From the NCBI GenBank assembly GCA_964016885.1, contig OZ024742.1:359538001-359602000 (forward strand): 64,000 bases of DNA, read 5' to 3'. Shown one piece after another: positions 41,501-56,500 of the stretch; positions within the stretch are counted from its first letter, which is position 1, and each line of letters opens with the position of its first letter. The translations under genes were made by a program, and so were the position numbers. The DNA comes from Eledone cirrhosa (Eukaryota). Under the pieces are notes generated by a model that ran no database searches, was not told where the DNA came from, and saw only the letters and a program-made list of their open reading frames with translations.

Positions 41501-44500
41501 GGGCAAAGTGATATGAGGTATTGGCGTCTACTGTGAAAGATTTACACTTTCAGGTGAGAATACAGGGGCAAGGTGATATGAGGTATTGGCGTCTACTATG
41601 AAAGATTTACACTTTCAGGTGAGAATACAGGGGCAAGGTGATATGAGGTATTGGTGACTATTGTGTTAGATTTACACTTTCAGGTGAGAATAGAGGGGCA
41701 AGGTGATATGAGGTATTGGCGTCTACTGTGACAGATTTACACTCTCAGGTGAGAATACAGGGTTAAGGTGATATGAGGAATTGGCGTCTACTGTGGTAGA
41801 TTTACACTTTCAGGTGAGAATACAGGATCAAAGTGATATGAGGTATTGGCGACTATTGTGGTAGATTTACACTTTCAGGTGAGAATACAGGGGCAAGGTG
41901 ATATGAGGTATTGCTGACTATTGTGAGAGATTTACACTTTCAGGTGAGAATACAGGGGCAAGGTGATATGAGGTATTGGTGACTATTGTGGTAAAATTAC
42001 ACTTTCAGGTGAGAATACAGGGGCAAGGTGATATGAGGTATTGCTGACTATTGTGACAGATTTACACTTTCAGGTGAGAATACAGGGGCAAGGTGATATG
42101 AGGTATTGCTGACTATTGTGACAGTTTTACACTTTCAGGTGAGAATACAGGTGCAAGGTGATATGAGGTATTGGCGTCTATTGTGGTAGATTTACACTTT
42201 CAAGTGAGAATACAGGGGCAAGGTGATATGAGGTAATGGTGACTATTGTGTTAGATTTACACTTTCAGGTGAGAATACAGGATCAAAGTGATATGAGGTA
42301 TTGGCGACTATTGTGGTAGATTTACACTTTCAGGTGAGAATACAGGATCAAAGTGATATGAGGTATTGGCGACTATTGTGGTAAAGTTACACTTTCAGGT
42401 GAGAATACAGGTTGAAAGTGATATGAGGTATTGGCGACTATTGTTGTAGATTTACACTTTCAGGTGAGAATACAAGATCAAAGTGATATGAGGTATTGGC
42501 GACTATTGTGGTAGATTTACACTTTCAGGTGAGAATACAGGATCAAGGTGATATGAGGTATTGGCAACTATTGTGGTATATTTACACTTTCAGGTGAGAA
42601 TACAGGATCAAGGTGATATGAGGTATTGGCGACTATTGTGGTAGATTTACACTTTCAGGTGAAAATACAGGGGCAAAGTGATATGAGGTATTGGCGTCTA
42701 ATGTGAAAGATTTACACTTTCAGGTGAGAATACAGGGGCAAGGTGATATGAGGTATTGGTGACTATTGTGGTAGATTTACACTTTCAGGTGAAAATACAG
42801 GATCAAGGTGATATGAGGTATTGCCGTCTACTGTGGTATATTTACACTTTCAGGTGAGAATACAGGATCAAGGTGATATGAGGTATTGGCGACTATTGTG
42901 GTAGATTTACACTTTCAGGTGAGAATACAGGATCAAGGTGATATGAGGTATTGGCGACTATTGTGGTAGATTTACACTTTCAGGAGAGAATACAGGATCA
43001 AGGTGATATGAGGTATTGGCGACTATTGTGGTAGATTTACACTTTCAGGTGAGAATACAGGATCAAGGTGATATGAGGTATTGGCGACTATTGTGGTAGA
43101 TTTACACTTTCAGGTGAGAATACAGGGGCAAGGTGATATTAGGTATTAGTAACTATTGTGGTAGATTTACACTTTCAGGTGAGAATACAGGATCAAGGTG
43201 ATATGAGGTATTGGCGACTAATGTGGTAGATTTACACTTTCAGGTGAGAATACAGGATCAAGGTGATATGAGGTATTGGCGACTATTGTGGTAGATTTAC
43301 ACTTTCAGGTGAGAATACAGGATCAAGGTGATATGACGTATTGGCGACTATTGTGGTAGATTTACACTTTCAGGTGAGAATAAAGGGGCAAGGTGATATG
43401 AGGTAATGGTGACTATTGTGGCAGATTTACACTTTCAGGTGAGAATACAGGGGCAAGGTGATATGAGGTAATGGTGACTATTGTGGCAGATTTACACTTT
43501 CAGGTGAGAAAACATGATCAAGGTGATATGAGGTATTGGCGACTATTGTGGTAGATTTACACTTTCAGGTTAGAATACAGGGGCAAGGTGATATGAGGTA
43601 TTGGCAACTATTGTGGTAGATTTACACTTTCAGGTGAAAATACAGGGGCAAAGTGATATGAGGTATTGGCGTCTAATGTGAAAGATTTACACTTTCAGGG
43701 TAGAATACAGGGGCAAGGTGATATGAGGTATTGGTGACTATTGTGGTAGATTTACACTTTCAGGTGAAAATACAGGATCAAGGTGATATGAGGTATTGCC
43801 GTCTACTGTGGTATATTTACACTTTCAGGTGAGAATACAGGATCAAGGTGATATGAGGTATTGGCGACTATTGTGGTAGATTTACACTTTCAGGTGAGAA
43901 TACAGGATCAAGGTGATATGAGGTATTGGCGACTATTGTGGTAGATTTACACTTTCAGGAGAGAATACAGGATCAAGGTGATATGAGGTATTGGCGACTA
44001 TTGTGGTAGATTTACACTTTCAGGTGAGAATACAGGGGCAAGGTGATATTAGGTATTAGTAACTATTGTGGTAGATTTACACTTTCAGGTGAGAATACAG
44101 GATCAAGGTGATATGAGGTATTGGCGACTAATGTGGTAGATTTACACTTTCAGGTGAGAATACAGGATCAAGGTGATATGAGGTATTGGCGACTATTGTG
44201 GTAGATTTACACTTTCAGGTGAGAATACAGGATCAAGGTGATATGACGTATTGGCGACTATTGTGGTAGATTTACACTTTCAGGTGAGAATAAAGGGGCA
44301 AGGTGATATGAGGTAATGGTGACTATTGTGGCAGATTTACACTTTCAGGTGAGAATACAGGGGCAAGGTGATATGAGGTAATGGTGACTATTGTGGCAGA
44401 TTTACACTTTCAGGTGAGAAAACATGATCAAGGTGATATGAGGTATTGGCGACTATTGTGGTAGATTTACACTTTCAGGTTAGAATACAGGGGCAAGGTG

Positions 44501-47500
44501 ATATGAGGTATTGGCAACTATTGTGGTAGATTTACACTTTCAAGTGAGAATACAGGGGCAAGGTGATATGAGGTATTGGCAACTATTGTGGCAGATTTAC
44601 ACTTTCAGGTGAGAATACAGGAGCAATGTGATATGAGGTATTGGTGACTATTGTGGTAGATTTACACTTTCAGGTGAGAATACAGGGGCAAGGTGATATG
44701 AGGTATTGGCAACTATTGTGGCAGATTTACACTTTCAGGTGAGAATACAGGGGCAAGGTGATATGAGGTATTGGTGACTATTGTGGCAGATTTACACTTT
44801 CAGGTGAGAATACAGGAGCAATGTGATATGAAGTATCAGCGATTATTGTAGTAGATTTACACTTTCAAGTGAGAATACAGGGGCAAGTTGATATGAGGTA
44901 TTGGCGACTATTGTGGCAGATTTACACTTTCAAGTGAGAATACAGGGGCAAGGTGATATGAGGTAATGGTGACTATTGTGGCAGATTTACACTTTCAGGT
45001 GAGAATACAGGAGCAATGTGATATGAGGTATTGGTGACTATTGTGGTAGATTTACACTTTCAGGTGAGAATACAGGGGCAAGGTGATATGAGGTATTGGC
45101 AACTATTGTGGCAGATTTACACTTTCAGATGAGAATACAGGGGCAAGGTGATATGAGGTATTGGTGACTATTGTGGCAGATTTACACTTTCAGGTGAGAA
45201 TACAGGAGCAATGTGATATGAGGTATCAGCGATTATTGTAGTAGATTTACACTTTCAAGTGAGAATACAGGGGCAAGGTGATATGAGGTATTGGCGACTA
45301 TTGTGGCAGATTTACACTTTGAAGTGATAATACAGGGGCAAGGTGATATGAGGTAATGGTGACTATTGTGGCAGATTTACACTTTCAGGTGAGAATACAG
45401 GAGCAAGGTGATATGAGGTATTGGCGACTATTGTGGTAGATTTACACTTTCAGGTGAGAAAACAGGAGCAATGTGATATGAGGTATTGGCGTCTATTGGG
45501 ATAGAATTACACTTTCAGGTGAGAATACAGGATGAAGGTGATATGAGGTATTGGCGACTATTGTGGTAGATTTACACTTTCAGGTGAGAATACAGGATCA
45601 AGGTGATATGACGTATTGGTGAGTATTGTGGCAGATTTACACTTTCAGGTGAGAATACAGGGGCAAGGTGATATGAGGTATTGGCGACTATTGTGGTAGA
45701 TTTACACTTTCAGGTGAGAATACAGGGACAAGGTGATATGAGGTATTGGCGTCTACTCTGAGAGATTTACACTCTCAGGTGAGAATACAAGCTTAAGGTG
45801 ATATGAAGTATTGGCGACTATTGTGGTAGATTTACACTTTCAGGTGAAAATACAGGGGCAAGGTGATATGAGGTATTGGCGTCTACTGTGACAGATTTAC
45901 ACTTTCAGGTGAGAATACAGAGGCAAGGTGATATGAGGTATTGGTGACTATTGTGGTAGATTTACACTTTCAGGTGAGAATAGAGGGGCAAGGTGATATG
46001 AGGTATTGGCGTCTACTGTGACAGATTTACACTTTCAGGTGAGAATACAGGGGCAAGGTGATATGAGGTATTGCTGACTATTGTGACAGATTTACACTTT
46101 CAGGTGAGAATACAGGGGCAAGGTGATATGAGGTATTGCTGACTATTGTGACAGATTTACACTTTCAGGTGAGAATACAGGGGCAAGGTGATATGAGGTA
46201 TTGCTGACTATTGTGACAGATTTACACTTTCAGGTGAGAATACAGGGGCAAGGTGATATGAGGTATTGCTGACTATTGTGACAGATTTACACTTTCAGGT
46301 GAGAATACAGGGGCAAGGTGATATGAGGTATTGCTGACTATTGTGACAGATTTACACTTTCAGGTGAGAATACAGGGGCAAGGTGATATGAGGTATTGGC
46401 GTCTATTGTGGTAGATTTACACTTTCAAGTGAGAATACAGGGGCAAGGTGATATGAGGTAATGGTGACTATTGTGGTAGATTTACACTTTCAGGTGAGAA
46501 TACAGGGGCAAGGTGATATGAGGTATTGGTGACTATTGTGGTAGATTTACACTTTCAGGTGAGAATACAGGGGCAAGGTGATATGAGGTATTGCTGACTA
46601 TTGTGACAGATTTACACTTTCAGGTGAGAATACAGGGGCAAGGTGATATGAGGTATTGGCGTCTATTGTGGTAGATTTACACTTTCAAGTGAGAATACAG
46701 GGGCAAGGTGATATGAGGTAATGGTGACTATTGTGGTAGATTTACACTTTCAGGTGAGAATACAGGGGCAAGGTGATATGAGGTATTGGTGACTATTGTG
46801 GTAGATTTACACTTTCAGGTGAGAATACAGGGGCAAGGTGATATGAGGTATTGGCGTCTACTGTGGTAGATTTACACTTTCAGGTGAGAATACAGGATTA
46901 AGGTGATATGAGGTATTGGCGACTTTTGTGGTAGATTTACACTTTCAGGTGAGAATACAGGAGCAATGTGATATGAGGTATTGGCGACTATTGTGGCAGA
47001 TTTACACTTTCAGGTGAGAATACAGGGGCAATGTGATATGAGGTATGGGCGTCTATTGTGGTAGATTTACACTTTCAGGTGAGAATAGACGGTCAAGGTG
47101 ATATGAGGTATTGGCGACTTTTGTGGTAGATTTACACTTTCAGGTGAGAATACAGGAGCAATGTGATATGAGGTATTGGCGACTATTGTGGTAGATTTAC
47201 ACTTTCAGGTGAGAATACAGGATGAAGGTGATATGAGGTATTGGTGACTATTGTGGTAGATTTACACTTTCAGGTGAGAATACAGGATGAAGGTGATATG
47301 ACGTATGCGACTATTGTGGCAGATTTACACTTTCAGTTGGGAATACAGGATCATGGTGATATGAGGTATTGGCGACTATTGTGGTAGATTTACACTTTCA
47401 GGTTAGAATACAGGATGAAGGTGATATGACGTATTGGCGACTATTGTGGCAGATTTACACTTTCACTTGGGAATACAGGATCATGGTGATATGAGGTATT

Positions 47501-50500
47501 GGCGTCTATTGTGGTAGTTTACACTTTCAGGTGAGAATACACGGGCAAGGTGATATGAGGTATTGGCGACTATTGTGGTAGATTTACACTTTCAGGTGAG
47601 AATACACGGGCAAGGTATATGAGGTATTGGCGACTATTGTGGTAGATTTACACTTTCAGGTGAGAATACAGGAGCAATGTGATATGAGGTATTGGCGACT
47701 ATTGTGGTAGATTTACACTTTCAGGTGAGAATACACGGGCAAGGTGATATGAGGTATTGGCGACTATTGTGGTAGATTTACACTTTCAGGTGAGAATAGA
47801 CGGGCAAGGTGATATGAGGTATTGGCGACTATTGTGGTAGATTTACACTTTCAGGTGAGAATACATGGGCAAGGTGATATGAGGTATTGGCGACTATTGT
47901 GGCAGATTTACACTTTCAGGTGAGAATACAGCGGCAAGGTGATATGAGGTATTGACGACTATTGTGGCAGATTTACACTTTCAGGTGAGAAAACAGGATC
48001 AAGGTTATATGAGGTATTGGCGACTATTGTGGCAGATTTACACTTTCAGGTGAGAATACAGGATCAAGGTGATATGAGGTATTGGCGACTATTGTGGCAG
48101 ATTTACACTTTCAGGTGACAAAACAGGATCAAGGTGATTTGAGGTATTGGCAACTATTGTGGTAGATTTACACTTTCAGGTGAGAATACAGGGGCAAGGT
48201 GATATGAGGTATTGGCGACTATTGTGGCAGATTTACACTTTCAGGTGAGAACACAGGATCAAGGTGATATGACGTATTGGCGACTATTGTGGTAGATTTA
48301 CACATTCAGGTGAGAATACAGGGGCAAGGTGATATGAGGTATTGGCGACTGTTGTGGCAGATTTACACTTTCAGGTGAGAATACAGGGGCAATGTGATAT
48401 GGGGTATTGGTGACTATTGTGGCAGATTTACACTTTCAGGTGAGAATACAGGGGCAAGGTGATATGAGGTATTGGCGACTATCGTGGCAAATTTACACTT
48501 TCAGGTGAGAATACAGGATCAAGGTGATATAAGGTATTGGCGACTATTGTGGCAGATTTACACTTTCAGGTCAGAATACAGGAGCAAGGTGATATGATGT
48601 AATGGTGCCTATTGTGACAGATTTACACTTTCAGGTGAGAATACAGGATGAAGGTGATATGACGTATGCAACTATTGTGGCAGATTTACACTTTCAGTTG
48701 GGAATGCAGGATCATGGTGATATGAGGTATTGGCGTCTATTGTGGTAGATTTACACTTTCAGGTGAGAATACACGGGCAAGGTGATATGAGGTATTGGCG
48801 ACTATTGTGGTAGATTTACACTTTCAGGTGAGCATACAGGATGAAGGTGATATGACGTATTGGCGACTATTGTGGCAGATTTACACTTTCAGGTGAGAAT
48901 ACACGGGCAAGGTGATATGAGGTATTGGCGACTATTGTGGTAGATTTACACTTTCAGGTGAGAATACAGGATGAAGGTGATATGACGTATTGGCGACTAT
49001 TGTGGCAGATTTACACTTTCAGTTGGGAATACAGGATCATGGTGATATGAGGTATTGGCGTCTATTGTGGTAGTTTACACTTTCAGGTGAGAATACACGG
49101 GCAAGGTGATATGAGGTATTGGCGACTATTGTGGTAGATTTACACTTTCAGGTGAGAATACACGGGCAAGGTGATATGCAGTATTGGCGACTATTGTGGT
49201 AGATTTACACTTTCAGGTGAGAATACAGGAGCAATGTGATATGAGGTATTGGCGACTATTGTGGTAGATTTACACTTTCAGGTGAGAATACAGGGAAGAG
49301 GTGATATGAGGTATTGCCGACTATTGTGGCAGATTTACACTTTCAGGTGAGAATACAGGATCAAGGTGATATGAGGTATTGGCGTCTATTGTGGCAGATT
49401 TACACTTTCAGGTGAGAATACAGGATCAAGGTGATATGAGGTATTGGCGTCTATTGTGGCAGATTTACACTTTCAGGTGAGAATACACGGGCAAGTTGAT
49501 ATGAGGTATTGGCAACTATTGTGGTAGATTTACACTTTCAGGTGAGAATACAGGATGAAGGTGATATGACGTATTGGCGACTATTGTGGTAGATTTACAC
49601 TTTCAGGTGTGAATACAGGGGAAAGGTGATATGAGGTATTGCTGACTATTGTGAGAGATTTACACTTTCAGGTGAGAATACAGGGGCAAGGTGATATGAG
49701 GTATTGCTGACTATTGTGACAGATTTACACTTTCAGGTGAGAGTACAGGGGCAAGGTGATATGAGGTATTGCTGACTATTGTGACAGATTTACACTTTCA
49801 GGTGAGAATACAGGGGCAAGGTGATATGAGGTATTGCTGACTATTGTGACAGATTTACACTTTCAGGTGAGAATACAGGGGCAAGGTGATATGAGGTATT
49901 GCTGACTATTGTGACAGATTTACACTTTCAGGTGAGAATACAGGGGCAAGGTGATATGAGGTATTGGCGTCTATTGTGGTAGATTTACACTTTCAAGTGA
50001 GAATACAGGGGCAAGGTGATATGAGGTAATGGTGACTATTGTGGTAGATTTACACTTTCAGGTGAGAATACAGGGGCAAGGTGATATGAGGTATTGGTGA
50101 CTATTGTGGTAGATTTACACTTTCAGGTGAGAATACAGGGGCAAGGTGATATGAGGTATTGGCGTCTACTGTGGTAGATTTACACTTTCAGGTGAGAATA
50201 CAGGATTAAGGTGATATGAGGTATTGGCGACTTTTGTGGTAGATTTACACTTTCAGGTGAGAATACAGGAGCAATGTGATATGAGGTATTGGCGACTATT
50301 GTGGCAGATTTACACTTTCAGGTGAGAATACAGGGGCAATGTGATATGAGGTATGGGCGTCTATTGTGGTAGATTTACACTTTCAGGTGAGAATAGACGG
50401 TCAAGGTGATATGAGGTATTGGCGACTTTTGTGGTAGATTTACACTTTCAGGTGAGAATACAGGAGCAATGTGATATGAGGTATTGGCGACTATTGTGGT

Positions 50501-53500
50501 AGATTTACACTTTCAGGTGAGAATACAGGATGAAGGTGATATGAGGTATTGGTGACTATTGTGGTAGATTTACACTTTCAGGTGAGAATACAGGATGAAG
50601 GTGATATGACGTATTGGCGACTATTGTGGCAGATTTACACTTTCACTTGGGAATACAGGATCATGGTGATATGAGGTATTGGCGTCTATTGTGGTAGTTT
50701 ACACTTTCAGGTGAGAATACACGGGCAAGGTGATATGAGGTATTGGCGACTATTGTGGTAGATTTACACTTTCAGGTGAGAATACACGGGCAAGGTATAT
50801 GAGGTATTGGCGACTATTGTGGTAGATTTACACTTTCAGGTGAGAATACAGGAGCAATGTGATATGAGGTATTGGCGACTATTGTGGTAGATTTACACTT
50901 TCAGGTGAGAATACACGGGCAAGGTGATATGAGGTATTGGCGACTATTGTGGTAGATTTACACTTTCAGGTGAGAATAGACGGGCAAGGTGATATGAGGT
51001 ATTGGCGACTATTGTGGTAGATTTACACTTTCAGGTGAGAATACATGGGCAAGGTGATATGAGGTATTGGCGACTATTGTGGCAGATTTACACTTTCAGG
51101 TGAGAATACAGCGGCAAGGTGATATGAGGTATTGACGACTATTGTGGCAGATTTACACTTTCAGGTGAGAAAACAGGATCAAGGTTATATGAGGTATTGG
51201 CGACTATTGTGGCAGATTTACACTTTCAGGTGAGAATACAGGATCAAGGTGATATGAGGTATTGGCGACTATTGTGGCAGATTTACACTTTCAGGTGACA
51301 AAACAGGATCAAGGTGATTTGAGGTATTGGCAACTATTGTGGTAGATTTACACTTTCAGGTGAGAATACAGGGGCAAGGTGATATGAGGTATTGGCGACT
51401 ATTGTGGCAGATTTACACTTTCAGGTGAGAACACAGGATCAAGGTGATATGACGTATTGGCGACTATTGTGGTAGATTTACACATTCAGGTGAGAATACA
51501 GGGGCAAGGTGATATGAGGTATTGGCGACTGTTGTGGCAGATTTACACTTTCAGGTGAGAATACAGGGGCAATGTGATATGGGGTATTGGCGACTATTGT
51601 GGCAGATTTACACTTTCAGGTGAGAATACAGGGGCAAGGTGATATGAGGTATTGGCGACTATCGTGGCAAATTTACACTTTCAGGTGAGAATACAGGATC
51701 AAGGTGATATAAGGTATTGGCGACTATTGTGGCAGATTTACACTTTCAGGTCAGAATACAGGAGCAAGGTGATATGATGTAATGGTGCCTATTGTGACAG
51801 ATTTACACTTTCAGGTGAGAATACAGGATGAAGGTGATATGACGTATGCAACTATTGTGGCAGATTTACACTTTCAGTTGGGAATGCAGGATCATGGTGA
51901 TATGAGGTATTGGCGTCTATTGTGGTAGATTTACACTTTCAGGTGAGAATACACGGGCAAGGTGATATGAGGTATTGGCGACTATTGTGGTAGATTTACA
52001 CTTTCAGGTGAGCATACAGGATGAAGGTGATATGACGTATTGGCGACTATTGTGGCAGATTTACACTTTCAGGTGAGAATACACGGGCAAGGTGATATGA
52101 GGTATTGGCGACTATTGTGGTAGATTTACACTTTCAGGTGAGAATACAGGATGAAGGTGATATGACGTATTGGCGACTATTGTGGCAGATTTACACTTTC
52201 AGTTGGGAATACAGGATCATGGTGATATGAGGTATTGGCGTCTATTGTGGTAGTTTACACTTTCAGGTGAGAATACACGGGCAAGGTGATATGAGGTATT
52301 GGCGACTATTGTGGTAGATTTACACTTTCAGGTGAGAATACACGGGCAAGGTGATATGCAGTATTGGCGACTATTGTGGTAGATTTACACTTTCAGGTGA
52401 GAATACAGGAGCAATGTGATATGAGGTATTGGCGACTATTGTGGTAGATTTACACTTTCAGGTGAGAATACAGGGAAGAGGTGATATGAGGTATTGGCGA
52501 CTATTGTGGCAGATTTACACTTTCAGGTGAGAATACAGGATCAAGGTGATATGAGGTATTGGCGTCTATTGTGGCAGATTTACACTTTCAGGTGAGAATA
52601 CAGGATCAAGGTGATATGAGGTATTGGCGTCTATTGTGGCATATTTACACTTTCAGGTGAGAATACACGGGCAAGTTGATATGAGGTATTGGCAACTATT
52701 GTGGTAGATTTACACTTTCAGGTGAGAATACAGGATGAAGGTGATATGACGTATTGGCGACTATTGTGGTAGATTTACACTTTCAGGTGTGAATACAGGG
52801 GAAAGGTGATATGAGGTATTGCTGACTATTGTGAGAGATTTACACTTTCAGGTGAGAATACAGGGGCAAGGTGATATGAGGTATTGCTGACTATTGTGAC
52901 AGATTTACACTTTCAGGTGAGAGTACAGGGGCAAGGTGATATGAGGTATTGGTGACTATTGTGGTAGATTTACACTTTCAGGTGAGAATACAGGGGCAAG
53001 GTGATATGAGGTATTGCTGACTATTGTGACAGATTTACACTTTCAGGTGAGAATACAGGGGCAAGGTGATATGAGGTATTGCTGACTATTGTGACAGATT
53101 TACACTTTCAGGTGAGAATACAGGGGCAAGGTGATATGAGGTATTGGCGTCTATTGTGGTAGATTTACACTTTCAAGTGAGAATACAGGGGCAAGGTGAT
53201 ATGAGGTAATGGTGACTATTGTGGTAGATTTACACTTTCAGGTGAGAATACAGGGGCAAGGTGATATGAGGTATTGCTGACTATTGTGACAGATTTATAC
53301 TTTCAGGTGAGAATACAGGGGCAAGGTGATATGAGGTATTGCTGACTATTGTGACAGATTTACACTTTCAGGTGAGAATACAGGGTCAAGGTGATATGAG
53401 GTATTGGCGTCTATTGTGGTAGATTTACACTTTCAAGTGAGGATACAGGGGCAAGGTGATATGAGGTAATGGTGACTATTGTGGTCGATTTACACTTTCA

Positions 53501-56500
53501 GGTGAGAATACAGGGGCAAAGTGATATGAGGTATTGGCGTCTACTGTGGTAGATTTACACTTTCAGGTGAGAATACAGGGGCAAGGTGATATGAGGTATT
53601 GGTGACTATTGTGGTAGATTTACACTTTCAGGTGAGAATACAGGGGCAAGGTGATATGAGGTATTGGCGTCTACTGTGGTAGATTTACACTTTCAGGTGA
53701 GAATACAGGATTAAGGTGATATGAGGTATTGGCGACTTTTGTGGTAGATTTACACTTTCAGGTGAGAATACAGGAGCAATGTGATATGAGGTATTGGCGA
53801 CTTTTGTGGCAGATTTACACTTTCAGGTGAGAATACAGGGGCAATGTGATATGAGGTATTGGCGTCTATTGTGGTAGATTTACACTTTCAGGGGAGAATA
53901 GACGGGCATGGTGATATGAGGTATTGGCGACTATTGTGGTAGATTTACACTTTCAGGTGAGAATACAGGAGCAATGTGATATGAGGTATTGGCGACTATT
54001 GTGGTAGATTTACACTTTCAGGTGAGAATACAGGATGAAGGTGATATGAGGTATTGGTGACTATGTGGTAGATTTACACTTTCAGGTGAGAATACAGGAT
54101 GAAGGTGATATGACGTATGCGACTATTGTGGCAGATTTACACTTTCAGTTGGGAATACAGGATCATGGTGATATGAGGTATTGGCGTCTATTGTGGTAGA
54201 TTTACACTTTCAGGTGAGAATACACGGGCAAGGTGATATGAGGTATTGGCGACTATTGTGGTAGATTTACACTTTCAGGTTAGAATACAGGATGAAGGTG
54301 ATATGACGTATTGGCGACTATTGTGGCAGATTTACACTTTCACTTGGGAATACAGGATCATGGTGATATGAGGTATTGGCGTCTATTGTGGTAGTTTACA
54401 CTTTCAGGTGAGAATACACGGGCAAGGTGATATGAGGTATTGGCGACTATTGTGGTAGATTTACACTTTCAGGTGAGAATACACGGGCAAGGTATATGAG
54501 GTATTGGCGACTATTGTGGTAGATTTACACTTTCAGGTGAGAATACAGGAGCAATGTGATATGAGGTATTGGCGACTATTGTGGTAGATTTACACTTTCA
54601 GGTGAGAATACACGGGCAAGGTGATATGAGGTATTGGCGACTATTGTGGTAGATTTACACTTTCAGGTGAGAATACACGGGCAAGGTGATATGAGGTATT
54701 GGCGACTATTGTGGTAGATTTACACTTTCAGGTGAGAATACACGGGCAAGGTGATATGAGGTATTGGCGACTATTGTGGCAGATTTACACTTTCAGGTGA
54801 GAATACAGCGGCAAGGTGATATGAGGTATTGACGACTATTGTGGCAGATTTACACTTTCAGGTGAGAAAACAGGATCAAGGTTATATGAGGTATTGGCGA
54901 CTATTGTGGCAGATTTACACTTTCAGGTGAGAATACAGGATCAAGGTGATATGAGGTATTGGCGACTATTGTGGCAGATTTACACTTTCAGGTGACAAAA
55001 CAGGATCAAGGTGATTTGAGGTATTGGCAACTATTATGGTAGATTTACACTTTCAGGTGAGAATACAGGGGCAAGGTGATATGAGGTATTGGCGACTATT
55101 GTGGCAGATTTACATTTTCAGGTGAGAACACAGGATCAAGGTGATATGACGTATTGGCGACTATTGTGGTAGATTTACACATTCAGGTGAGAATACAGGG
55201 GCAAGGTGATATGAGGTATTGGCGACTGTTGTGGCAGATTTACACTTTCAGGTGAGAATACAGGGGCAATGTGATATGGGGTATTGGCGACTATTGTGGC
55301 AGATTTACACTTTCAGGTGAGAATACAGGGGCAAGGTGATATGAGGTATTGGCGACTATCGTGGCAGATTTACACTTTCAGGTGAGAATACAGGATCAAG
55401 GTGATATAAGGTATTGGCGACTATTGTGGCAGATTTACACTTTCAGGTGAGAATACAGGAGCAAGGTGATATGATGTAATGGTGCCTATTGTGGCAGATT
55501 TACACTTTCAGGTGAGAATACAGGATGAAGGTGATATGACGTATGCGACTATTGTGGCAGATTTACACTTTCAGTGGGGAATGCAGGATCATGGTGATAT
55601 GAGGTATTGGCGACTATTGTGGTAGATTTACACTTTCAGGTGAGAATACAGGATGAAGGTGATATGACGTATTGGCGACTATTGTGGCAGATTTACACTT
55701 TCAGTTGGGAATACAGGATCATGGTGATATGAGGTATTGGCGTCTATTGTGGTAGTTTACACTTTCAGGTGAGAATACACGGGCAAGGTGATATGAGGTA
55801 TTGGCGACTATTGTGGTAGATTTACACTTTCAGGTGAGAATACACGGGCAAGGTGATATGAGGTATTGGCGACTATTGTGGTAGATTTACACTTTCAGGT
55901 GAGAATACAGGAGCAATGTGATATGAGGTATTGGCGACTATTGTGGTAGATTTACACTTTCAGGTGAGAATACAGGATGAAGGTGATATGACGTATTGGC
56001 GACTATTGTGGTAGATTTACACTTTCAGGTGAGAATACAGGATGAAGGTGATATGACGTATTGGCGACTATTGTGGCAGATTTACACTATCAGGTGAGAA
56101 TACACGGGCAAGGTGATATAAGGTATTGGCGACTATTGTGGTAGATTTACTCTTTCAGGTGAGAATACACGGGCAAGGTGATATGAGGTATTGGCGACTA
56201 TTGTGGTAGATTTACACTTTCAGGTGAGAATACAGGAGCAATGTGATATGAGGTATTGGCGACTATTGTGGTAGATTTACACTTTCAGGTGAGAATACAG
56301 GGGCAAGGTGATATGAGGTATTGGCGTCTATTGTGGTAGATTTACACTTTCAGGTGAGAATACAGGGGCAAGGTGATATGAGGTATTGTCGTCTATTGTG
56401 GTAGATTTACATTTTCAGGTGAGAATACAGGGGCAAGGTGATATGAGGTATTGGCGTCTATTGTGGTAAATTTACACTTTCAGGTGAGAATACAGGATCA

